NCBI GenBank assembly: GCA_041489255.1
Contig: JBGPQV010000005.1
Span: forward strand, 1 to 64,000
Source of the DNA: Thermoplasmata archaeon
Lineage (GTDB): Archaea > Thermoplasmatota > Thermoplasmata > RBG-16-68-12 > JAFNFQ01
DNA: 64,000 bases
Reading direction: 5' to 3'
Shown in pieces: positions 56,116 to 64,000 of the stretch. A program made the position numbers and the translations under genes. Numbering within the stretch: position 1 is the stretch's first letter; each line of letters begins with the position of its first letter. The notes below the pieces were generated by a model. That model saw only the letters and a program-made list of their open reading frames with translations. It was not told the DNA's origin and ran no database searches.

Positions 56116-58887
56116 ATGCCCGAGGCCTGGTACAACCTCAGCGTCGAGGAGACGCTGAACAAGCTTGGGTCGTCTGCGTCAGGCTTGAGCAACGAAGAGG
56201 CGAGAAGACGTCTCGAACGCTACGGGCCGAACGAGCTCGTCCGCACCCGCCGGAAGTCGCCTATCGTCATGTTCCTGAGCCAGTTCAACAACCTGCTCAT
56301 CATGATTCTGATCATCGCCGCCGCCCTCTCGGCCGCGCTTGACGAATGGATCAACGCGGTGGTCATCCTGATTATCGTGTTCCTGAACGCCGTTCTCGGA
56401 TTCGTCCAAGAGAATCGCGCGGAGAACGCCCTAGAAGCGCTGAAGGTCCTGGCGGCTCCCAGGTGCCGCGCGCTTCGGAACAAGGAACCGCACACGATTG
56501 AGACCAAGGATTTGGTGCCGGGCGACGTCGTCCTGCTAGCGGCGGGGGACAAGGTCCCTGCCGACCTCCGGCTGATGGATACCGCGGGTCTGAGGGTCAA
56601 CGAGGCGCCTCTGACCGGGGAGTCGGTCCCCATCACCAAGACCACAGAGCCCGTGAGGGGCGAGGTGTTCCTGGGCGACCAGAGGAACATGTGCTTCCTC
56701 GGATGCACCGTCGAGGCGGGCAGGGGCACTGGTGTCGTCACGAGCACCGGAATGGCGACCCAGCTCGGCAAGATTGCCGGGCTGGTTCAGGCCGAGCCGG
56801 CGACCCAGACGCCGATGCAGAAGCAGCTGGCCAAGCTGGCCCGGCAGCTGGGCATCGCGATTCTCGGGCTGGTCATCGTAATCTTCGTCATAGAGTACGT
56901 CCGCCTCGGGACCGCTTCGGACATCGTTGAGCTATTCCTGACATCGGTGAGCCTCGCGGTCGCAGCGATTCCCGAGGGCCTGCCCGCGGTCGTCACGATA
57001 AGCCTGGCGCTCGGCCTGCAGAGGATGGCAAAGCGGAACGCGCTGGTCAGGCGGCTGGCCGCTGCCGAAACGCTCGGGAGCGCATCGGTCATCTGCACAG
57101 ACAAGACCGGCACCCTCACGAGGGGCGAGATGAACGTGGTGATGATATACTCCGGCGGCGTGGACTACCGGGTCGAGGGAGAGGGCTTCAGCCCAGAGGG
57201 CCGCGTGACCCGAGAAGGAAAAACGGCGGATATCTCCAGCATGCGCGAACTCGAGATCCTTCTGAAGGCGGGTCTGCTGTGCAACGACGCCTCGCTGGGG
57301 AAGACCGAGAAGGCTTGGACGGTGACCGGGGACACCACCGAGGGTGCGCTGCTGGTGGCCGGCATGCGTGCCGGCCTGAGCAAGGAGGTCCTTGAGTCCG
57401 AATCGCCCAGGGTCGCGGAGATCGCTTTTACGTCAGAACGGAAGATGATGAGCACGGTCCACATACGCAGGGACTTGGCCGTCGAGCGAGGGCTCGATGC
57501 GCTCCCCGAGGCTGAACGTCTCAGCCGCCTCAAGGAAATTCCGGGCAAGACCGTCTTCGTCAAAGGCGCCCCTGAGAGGGTCGTGAGGGCATGCGACTTC
57601 ATCATGAAGGATGGCAAGGTGGGGCTGCTAATTGATGCCGAGAGGCACGAGCTTACCTACAGGAATCAGGAGATGGCGGCGAAAGGGCTCAGGGTTTTGG
57701 GCATCGCCTACAGGGAGCTCCCGGACCACTTCCCCGATTTCTCGGAGAAAGAGCTCGAGAGCAAGCTTACCTTCCTGGGTTTCGTAGGGATGATGGACAC
57801 GCCGCGCAAGGACGCCGTGGATGCCCTCAAGGAGTGCCAGAGGGCGGGCATCACTGTGGTGATGATAACCGGGGACCACAAGCTGACCGCCATGGCGGTC
57901 GCGGCGGACATGGGCATCCTCTCGAAAGGTCAGAAGGCCCTCACCGGCGAGGAACTCGGCAAGCTGACGGACGAGGAGTTGCACGAGACAGTCGAGGACG
58001 TGAGGGTGTACGCGAGAGTGTCCCCAGAGGACAAGATGCGCATCCTGAAGGCCTGGAAGAAGAGGGGGCGGATCGTCGTCATGACCGGGGACGGGGTGAA
58101 CGACGCGCCCGCGTTGAGGAGTTCCGATCTCGGGGTGGCAATGGGCGTCACCGGGACCGATGTCGCCAAGGAAAGCGCGGACATGGTGCTGACCGACGAC
58201 AACTTCGCCTCGATCGTCGGCGCCGTGGAGGAAGGGCGCGGCATCTACCAGAACATCCGCAAGTTCGTCCGCTATCTGCTGAGCACGAACTCGGGCGAGG
58301 TCATGACGATATTCGCCGCCGCGTTGCTCTTCATGCCGCTGCCCTTGGTGCCGCTCCAGATATTGTGGATCAACTTAGTCACGGACGGCCTGCCCGCCGT
58401 GGCCCTTGGCGTGGAGCCGAAGGAAAGGGGTCTTATGCGCCAGAAACCGCGGAACCCCAGAGCGGGCATCCTTTCGGGTGGCATGGCTTTCCATATAGTC
58501 TGGGTCGGCACACTAATGACAGTTGGCACGCTCGCGATGTTTTCGTGGACATTGAGTTTCCGTGACATCAAAGAGGCCCGGACCTTGGTTTTCTACACGC
58601 TCACCATGTTCCAGATGTTCCACGTGCTTGCCATACGAGTCGAACGCGAGTCAGTCTTCACGGTCGGCTTCTTCGCCAACAAGTTCCTAATCGCGGCGGT
58701 GCTCTCGACGATCGCCTTGCAGTTCATGGTAATATACGTGCCATTCTTCCAGGGGCCGTTTGAGACTCGAGCTCTGCCTCTGGAGGAACTGCTTATTGCC
58801 ACGCTCGTTGCGAGTTCGGTCTTCTTCGCGGTGGAGTTGGAGAAGTTGAGGCGCCGACGCGTCGAGGAAAGGCAAACGATGGGATGA
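56116..58887 (+). CDS. P-type cation ATPase, P2A (Ca2+-type)
   Basis: [42 protein letters not shown]; TTTATA at 56087. Confidence 0.96.
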   Translation: MPEAWYNLSVEETLNKLGSSASGLSNEEARRRLERYGPNELVRTRRKSPIVMFLSQFNNLLIMILIIAAALSAALDEWINAVVILIIVFLNAVLGFVQENRAENALEALKVLAAPRCRALRNKEPHTIETKDLVPGDVVLLAAGDKVPADLRLMDTAGLRVNEAPLTGESVPITKTTEPVRGEVFLGDQRNMCFLGCTVEAGRGTGVVTSTGMATQLGKIAGLVQAEPATQTPMQKQLAKLARQLGIAILGLVIVIFVIEYVRLGTASDIVELFLTSVSLAVAAIPEGLPAVVTISLALGLQRMAKRNALVRRLAAAETLGSASVICTDKTGTLTRGEMNVVMIYSGGVDYRVEGEGFSPEGRVTREGKTADISSMRELEILLKAGLLCNDASLGKTEKAWTVTGDTTEGALLVAGMRAGLSKEVLESESPRVAEIAFTSERKMMSTVHIRRDLAVERGLDALPEAERLSRLKEIPGKTVFVKGAPERVVRACDFIMKDGKVGLLIDAERHELTYRNQEMAAKGLRVLGIAYRELPDHFPDFSEKELESKLTFLGFVGMMDTPRKDAVDALKECQRAGITVVMITGDHKLTAMAVAADMGILSKGQKALTGEELGKLTDEELHETVEDVRVYARVSPEDKMRILKAWKKRGRIVVMTGDGVNDAPALRSSDLGVAMGVTGTDVAKESADMVLTDDNFASIVGAVEEGRGIYQNIRKFVRYLLSTNSGEVMTIFAAALLFMPLPLVPLQILWINLVTDGLPAVALGVEPKERGLMRQKPRNPRAGILSGGMAFHIVWVGTLMTVGTLAMFSWTLSFRDIKEARTLVFYTLTMFQMFHVLAIRVERESVFTVGFFANKFLIAAVLSTIALQFMVIYVPFFQGPFETRALPLEELLIATLVASSVFFAVELEKLRRRRVEERQTMG

Positions 58888-59930
58888 ACGTGCCGACCGG
58901 ACCTGGCTTTGTTGAGATTGACGGCTCTCACGGCGAGGGCGGAGGGCAGCTGCTCAGGACCGCGGTCGCGCTCTCCGCGATAACGGGAAGAGCTGTGCGC
59001 GTCAAGGCGATAAGGGCTGGGCGGGAGAGGCCCGGGCTCCAGGCACAGCATCTGAAAGGCGTGGAGGCTGTCGCGACCCTGTGCGGCGCGAAGCTTCATG
59101 GCGCGAATTTAGGCTCGACGGACCTGATGTTCGAGCCGGGCAGCATCCGGCCGCAGCCGATAAGAATCGATGTGGGCACGGCGGGGGCGGTCTCGCTCGT
59201 GCTCCAGGCCCTCGTGCTGGCGGCGGGGAGGGCTGAAGGGAAGACCGCCGTCGAGCTGATCGGAGGGACGCACGTCGCTTGGAGCCCGCCAATGGACTAC
59301 TTCAAGGAGGTCTTCTGCCGTCATTTGAAGTCCATAGGTGTCGAGGTCGAAGTGAGGATTCTCGCGCATGGTTTCTATCCGAGGGGCGGGGGCCGCGTGC
59401 AAGTGGAGATCGAAGGTTCGGATAAATGGAGACCAATGGAATCGGATTCGCCGGGCGCGGTGCAGAGCATCGCAGCGAGATCCGTCGCATCCGAGGAATT
59501 GAGGAACGCGCGGGTCGCCGAGAGACAGATGGAGGCGTTCAAATCGATTCTACCGGCGGCGGTTCCGGAGGAGGTGGCCTATGTCCGAAGCCTTTCGACG
59601 GGTTCGGCGGTCTTCGGCCGTGCGGACTGCGCATCGGCATTCCTGGGCGCGGATTCGCTGGGGAAGAGAGGAGTCAGGGCCGAGGATGTCGGCAAAGAGG
59701 CGGCCATGAAGCTGAAGGCCGAAATCGACGGCGGGGCATCTCTCGACATGCACGCCGCCGACATGATGATACCGTATCTGGCGCTCGCATCGCAACCTTC
59801 CTCCTTCACGGTGAGGGAAATGAGCGATCATCTGACGTCTGTGCAGTGGCTCGTCCGTCAGTTCATCGATGTGGAATTCGAATCGGAAAGAAAGGGGAAT
59901 CTGCACAGGATTTCTGTGAGGCCACGGTAA
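58884..59930 (+). CDS. rtcA: RNA 3'-terminal phosphate cyclase
   Basis: DGSHGEGGGQLLR, IRAGR.RPGL, GGTHVAWSPP, GFYPRGGG, DMHAAD. Confidence 0.95.
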   Translation: MNVPTGPGFVEIDGSHGEGGGQLLRTAVALSAITGRAVRVKAIRAGRERPGLQAQHLKGVEAVATLCGAKLHGANLGSTDLMFEPGSIRPQPIRIDVGTAGAVSLVLQALVLAAGRAEGKTAVELIGGTHVAWSPPMDYFKEVFCRHLKSIGVEVEVRILAHGFYPRGGGRVQVEIEGSDKWRPMESDSPGAVQSIAARSVASEELRNARVAERQMEAFKSILPAAVPEEVAYVRSLSTGSAVFGRADCASAFLGADSLGKRGVRAEDVGKEAAMKLKAEIDGGASLDMHAADMMIPYLALASQPSSFTVREMSDHLTSVQWLVRQFIDVEFESERKGNLHRISVRPR

Positions 59931-59945
59931 GGCAGCTGCAGGCCT

Positions 59946-60707
59946 TCAACCGTACATGCTCGGCCTGATTGGCTGCGTGGGCTTCTTGGCCGCCTCGGTC
60001 TGGTCATGAATCGACTTGAGCTGCATCTCAATTCTCTCCGCCTCTTCGTACAATGGCTTCGCATCCAGCCTCGTGTGGAGAAGCAGCTTGTTGATGGTCT
60101 CGATGACCCTCGCGGCCGCTCGCGCGTCAGGGTATTCCGGGTGTGCCTCGGACAGGAGCGTGACGACGTCGAAGTCCTTCTTGCGCCCTTCGTTGAGGAG
60201 AACGCCCGCGACACCCGTTATGACGCCTTCCTCGAATATCGTGACCTTGTTCTTCCTGAGAAGTTCCATTGAACTCTCGGTCGACCCTATGCCATAGACC
60301 TCGATTTCCCTCTCGCCGGGAGCATCCTCCGAGTCTACGATGAGACCCTCCGGGCACACGAGGAGATTGCACTTCTGGTCAAGCGCCCAGTCCAGGACGG
60401 TCGACGCTATCTCCTTCACGAGGTTCGGCGGGGGCTGGAACTCGCTGATGAAGACGACAAGCTGGTCCGCTCCCTCCTGCTTCGGTCCCGCATAGATTCG
60501 CACGGGGTTCATCGGCTCGCCGTTCCTGACGAGCGAGACAGTCGGGAAGTAGGCCGAATCCATGATTCCTATCTGCTGAAGGCCCAGGGCGTTGATGAGA
60601 TAGTTCGCCACGATGGACGACACGAGACCGACGCTCGGGAAGCCGTCGATCACCGTCGCGTCCCGCAAATCCATCCGTTTCAGTTCATAAATCTGGATTC
60701 CTTCCAT
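59946..60707 (-). CDS. PAC2-family proteasome assembly chaperone homolog with HbYX tail
   Basis: DGFPSVGLVSSI…PVRIY…GVAGVLL…YPDARAAA; C-terminal MYG; TTTAAA box 29 nt upstream of ATG 60707. Confidence 0.9.
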   Translation of the reverse strand: MEGIQIYELKRMDLRDATVIDGFPSVGLVSSIVANYLINALGLQQIGIMDSAYFPTVSLVRNGEPMNPVRIYAGPKQEGADQLVVFISEFQPPPNLVKEIASTVLDWALDQKCNLLVCPEGLIVDSEDAPGEREIEVYGIGSTESSMELLRKNKVTIFEEGVITGVAGVLLNEGRKKDFDVVTLLSEAHPEYPDARAAARVIETINKLLLHTRLDAKPLYEEAERIEMQLKSIHDQTEAAKKPTQPIRPSMYG

Positions 60708-60788
60708 GGCACCGAGGCTATCCAAAGCGGGGGTTTTAAAGGTATCTTTGTGAGTCTCGGTATCGAGACATACATCTAGCCTCGCTGG

Positions 60789-61214
60789 CTAGGTCGCCTC
60801 GATGATTCTGTGCGAGGCCGTTATGGTCGCCCCCCCGCGTACGACCGAATTGGTCGCGGAGCAGTACTTCTCGTGGGACAGGCGGATCGCCGTCGCAATC
60901 GCTTTCTCTTTGAGCCCCTTGCCGGCGACCAAGTATTCGATGTGGATCTTGGTGAACATCTTGGGATCCGTCGAAGCCCTCTCGGCCTGCAGGTGGAGCT
61001 CGAGCCTCTGCAGCTGGACGCGCTGCTTCCTGAGGATCCACACGACGTCCGAGGCGGTGCATGCCCCAATCCCAATGAGCATCAATTCCATCGGCCCGGG
61101 ACCGATCCTTTCCCCCTCGTGACCTTCCTCGGGGACATCGACCACGATGCCGCATTTCGAATCGCCGCTCGCGATGAACCTCATGTCCTTGATCCACGTG
61201 ACCTCCGCCTTCAT
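60789..61214 (-). CDS. OsmC/YhfA-family protein
   Basis: GPGPMELMLIGIGACTASDV…LSHEKYCS. Confidence 0.92.
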   Translation of the reverse strand: MKAEVTWIKDMRFIASGDSKCGIVVDVPEEGHEGERIGPGPMELMLIGIGACTASDVVWILRKQRVQLQRLELHLQAERASTDPKMFTKIHIEYLVAGKGLKEKAIATAIRLSHEKYCSATNSVVRGGATITASHRIIEAT

Positions 61215-61362
61215 TTTTCACACCGTCGAAGGTCAAGGCGGTGGGGATATTTCTGCCTTCTATTCCGGGGGACATTGGACAAGGCTTAAAGACGCCGCAT
61301 GGATTCCAGTCGCCGGCGGAACACCGCCAGCGAGCTTGCTTGCACAGGAGCCGTGATCCAAA

Positions 61363-62004
61363 ATGGTCGAGTTCAGTCTGGTGCATTCGATAACGACCGA
61401 GATGTGCACGGGATTCCTCACGCTCTCGGCGTTCTGCATCTTGTTGAAGTTGATTGTCGACGGATATCTCAAGAGGTTCCAGGGGAAGTTCAAACGTCTG
61501 GACTGGCTCGCCACGAAATTCTCCCAGTACGCCGATCCTGCATCATACATCGCCATGGGCGGCGGCGTGATCATGGTCCTGGTGTCCGGGACGACCGGCC
61601 TCCTCTCATGGCAGTTTGACAGGCTCGCCCAGTCGGGCCTCGCCCACAACAAAGTGCTCCTCACCGTCGCGTCCGAGGTCATTTTCATCGGCGCTTTCAT
61701 CCTGAGGGCCAGATACTCGTCGAAGCTTTGGGCGGACCGCCTGACCGCCTGGATTTACACGGCGCTGGCGATGGTCGCCTTCCTCTTGCTCGTCCTCCAG
61801 AACTCGGTGGCGGGCCAGATGGCCAAGGGCAAGAGCCTGCTCGACTACTTCTTCCCCTGGCTGAAGGGCATGGAGGCCCAGGCGATTTCGTTCCCCGTCT
61901 GGGGTTCGATTCTGACGATTGTCGGGACCGTCGTGATCGTGCTGGTGGCTTTCATCATCACGAGGCGCAAGGTAGAATCCGCGAGGAAGTACACTCCTGC
62001 ATAG
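61363..62004 (+). CDS. Polytopic membrane protein (DUF2231-like)
   Basis: About 5 TM helices; His residues in VHSIT and LAHNK; SGTTG motif. Confidence 0.7.
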   Translation: MVEFSLVHSITTEMCTGFLTLSAFCILLKLIVDGYLKRFQGKFKRLDWLATKFSQYADPASYIAMGGGVIMVLVSGTTGLLSWQFDRLAQSGLAHNKVLLTVASEVIFIGAFILRARYSSKLWADRLTAWIYTALAMVAFLLLVLQNSVAGQMAKGKSLLDYFFPWLKGMEAQAISFPVWGSILTIVGTVVIVLVAFIITRRKVESARKYTPA

Positions 62005-62011
62005 GTGGCAA

Positions 62012-62428
62012 TCAAGGCGGGGGATGGCCAACCGCCACATCCTGCGCGACGAGTATCCAGTAACCGCCGTCACGCTGCAATACGCCTTTGACTATCATCT
62101 CTTTTCCCACTTCGAATGCTTCCGGCAAGGACGTGAATCGCACGGTGGGGTTCGAGACGCCATCGCCGAGCACGAATGTGTTATTCGTGAGATTCAGGGA
62201 CTCGGCAAGCCCCCGGACCTGCACGCTCTTTCCCTCCAAGTCCTGCGGGGCCGCGAGGACCTGGCTCGGGGTGTAGCTCTTCTGAGGCTGGGATCCCCAG
62301 AACACTACGACCACGAGGACGATCACTATGACGACAGCAGCGACGGCGACCCGCTTCGTCCTCCGCGAAACGCGCTTGGGCGCAGGCGGGGGATTCGCCC
62401 TCGCTTCCTCAGCCCGGCTTCCTTCCAC
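62012..62428 (-). CDS. ccmE: CcmE-like heme chaperone with atypical C-terminal H-P-P-P
   Basis: N-terminal TM, OB-fold (VQVRG…LPEAFEVGKEMIVKG…LVAQDV), last gene of the ccm operon. Confidence 0.8.
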   Translation of the reverse strand: MEGSRAEEARANPPPAPKRVSRRTKRVAVAAVVIVIVLVVVVFWGSQPQKSYTPSQVLAAPQDLEGKSVQVRGLAESLNLTNNTFVLGDGVSNPTVRFTSLPEAFEVGKEMIVKGVLQRDGGYWILVAQDVAVGHPPP

Positions 62429-62561
62429 TCCTGACCATCTCCTGGAGCAGCTTGGCGTCGCGCTCCAGCTGACGCTGTCGCATCTGGAGAGACAACAGAT
62501 ACAGGAATAGGCCGATCGCCACCAATGCTAGTGCTCCGAACAGGAACGCTTCCTCGCTCAA
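62409..62561 (-). CDS. ccmD: CcmD-like small membrane protein (50 aa, not in the ORF track)
   Basis: TTG start overlapping the ccmC stop: MSEEAFLFGALALVAIGLFLYLLSLQMRQRQLERDAKLLQEMVRSGRKPG. Confidence 0.75.
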   Translation of the reverse strand: MSEEAFLFGALALVAIGLFLYLLSLQMRQRQLERDAKLLQEMVRSGRKPG

Positions 62562-63247
62562 ATCGATTCCTCCATTTCCTCCTTGATTATTTCAAGTTGC
62601 GCTCTCAGGTTCTCCTGGTAGATGCGGACACGCAGGAGACAGAAGAACAGCAAGGTCAGCGCCACCACGCCCACTAAAAGGGTGATTGCGTTCTCTGGCG
62701 GGAAGAAACCGGGCGTCGTGGGATGCAGACTCGTGGGACTCCTTGAGGATATGTACGACAGTGGGACGAAGACGAAGCTGATGATTCCGAAGACGGCGGA
62801 GACTCTCGCTTTGGCATCTCCCCTCACACCCGCGCGAAGGGCAAGATACGCGACATACGCCATCCACAGGATGAACGTCGTGAAAAGCCTCGCATCCCCC
62901 CATCTCCAGTAATAGTCCTGCTCGGCCTTGCTCCAGAGAGCGCCTGTCAGCAGGGCCAGGGTCGTGAGGAGGACGCCCACTTCAGCAGAGCATGAGGCGA
63001 CGATATCCCACTTCGGCTTTCTGGTCCTCAGATACGCGACGCTCGCGACGAACACGGTGCCGAACGAGAGATAGGCGGTCCAGGCCAGGGGTATGTGAAA
63101 GAAAAAGATCCGGAAGGCGATGGGCGCGTGCCAGCCTGGGGCATCGAATGGCAGCACGATGTAGAACATCGACATGTATGCGAGCAGAAGCATCGTCACG
63201 AGCATGGCGGCGAGGAGCGCGACGTCATGCCTCTTCGTCCAGTCCAT
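62558..63247 (-). CDS. ccmC: Heme exporter CcmC
   Basis: FRIFFFHIP, Trp-rich GALWSK…YWRWGDARL, SLHP. Confidence 0.92.
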   Translation of the reverse strand: MDWTKRHDVALLAAMLVTMLLLAYMSMFYIVLPFDAPGWHAPIAFRIFFFHIPLAWTAYLSFGTVFVASVAYLRTRKPKWDIVASCSAEVGVLLTTLALLTGALWSKAEQDYYWRWGDARLFTTFILWMAYVAYLALRAGVRGDAKARVSAVFGIISFVFVPLSYISSRSPTSLHPTTPGFFPPENAITLLVGVVALTLLFFCLLRVRIYQENLRAQLEIIKEEMEESI

Positions 63248-63937
63248 TCAATCCTCCACGATGTCGTCGAATAGCAGATAAGACAACAGCAGTGCTATCA
63301 CGGTGAAGGCGCCGACGTAGACGACGTTAGAAACAACGGCATCGATATCCCCGGAGAGCAGGCCAGCTGTGGCATTGATCGAAGGCACGATGACTGTGAA
63401 GAGTGCGACGGTTATTAAGAGCATGGGGAGGAGAATGTCTCTGGTCTTCGCGCTGGACGAGAGCGCCGAGACGGTGACGCCGATGCTCGAGTATCCCAGG
63501 GTCCCGAGCAAGGTCACGGCGATCAATGGCCCCCACTGCCCCGAATAGTCGTAGTTGAAGAAGACGGCGAAGAAGATCAAAGTGGAAAGGCTGACAACGA
63601 AGATGAACACCAGGCTGGACGCCAGCTTGCCGAGGTAGAGTGCGAACCGGTTGGTCGGGACCAGCAACAATCCGCCCATCGTGCCGGCGTCGGCCTCCTT
63701 GGCGAAGGCGGGCGCGAGCCCCAGCATCCCGGCGAAGAAGAACGTCACCCAGAGGATCGCCGCCACGATAGACCGACTCTCCTGCACTTGATCCACGTGG
63801 ATATCGAAGAAGCCGAACGCGAATCGGAAGGAAAGGACGACCATCAGCGAGAAGATGACCATGGAAGAGAGGCGCTCTCTCGTCCTCGCCTCCAGGCGAA
63901 AATCCTTCCCCGCAATCGCCAGAGCTTCCCGCATCAT
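63248..63937 (-). CDS. ccmB: Heme exporter CcmB
   Basis: KDFRLEARTRE…ILWVTFFFAGMLGL…FAKE…GLLL…YLGK…ILLPML. Confidence 0.92.
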   Translation of the reverse strand: MMREALAIAGKDFRLEARTRERLSSMVIFSLMVVLSFRFAFGFFDIHVDQVQESRSIVAAILWVTFFFAGMLGLAPAFAKEADAGTMGGLLLVPTNRFALYLGKLASSLVFIFVVSLSTLIFFAVFFNYDYSGQWGPLIAVTLLGTLGYSSIGVTVSALSSSAKTRDILLPMLLITVALFTVIVPSINATAGLLSGDIDAVVSNVVYVGAFTVIALLLSYLLFDDIVED

Positions 63938-64000
63938 TTTGTCGCGCCAACCATCTTCTTGTACTCCTCGACGAAATCCCCTCTGGAGACCGCCGTCTTC
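63934..64000 (-). CDS. ccmA: 3' end of a probable CcmA ATPase (partial)
   Basis: …KTAVSRGDFVEEYKKMVGATK*, ATGA overlap with ccmB; identity from operon position only. Confidence 0.55.
   Translation of the reverse strand, partial: KTAVSRGDFVEEYKKMVGATK

Noticed and set aside
102-63950. Many long antisense or alternate-frame ORFs, e.g. 5294..7777 +, 4254..5336 +, 11249..12670 +
   Set aside because: Shadow ORFs of GC-rich genes: they overlap motif-bearing CDSs and have no recognisable domains.

Overview
GC-rich archaeal chromosome segment, most likely Thermoplasmatota. This is an inference from BRE/TATA promoters about 25-30 nt ahead of leaderless starts, AGGTGA/GGAGG SD sites, UPF0147, a PAC2-family protein, RtcA, NurA/HerA and COG3398-type dual-wHTH proteins. 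The left arm (0-8.8 kb) has a VOC enzyme, a radical SAM-TRAM-HhH protein and an mre11-rad50-nurA-herA operon whose Rad50 has no CXXC zinc hook. The middle (about 8.9-45.9 kb) is an accessory tract with no recognisable integrase or transposase. It holds four giant surface proteins (Kelch/Ig, BNR-like/CARDB/Ig, SBBP/PKD, triple 5-bladed propeller/Ig), intact and decaying toxin-antitoxin modules, an ABC-F ATPase and small membrane proteins. The right arm (46-64 kb) is mostly housekeeping: a Cys/Met PLP lyase, an Lrp ligand-binding domain, UPF0147, an ArsR-linked MacB-type ABC cluster, tRNA-Gly(CCC), a P2A ATPase, rtcA, PAC2, OsmC and ccmA(partial)BCDE. The best candidate for a new system is a single-pass membrane transcription factor (extracellular glycoside-hydrolase-like propeller, TM helix, two wHTH domains) that is translationally coupled to a surface protein carrying three homologous propellers. 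All family assignments come from motif recognition by eye; no searches were run.
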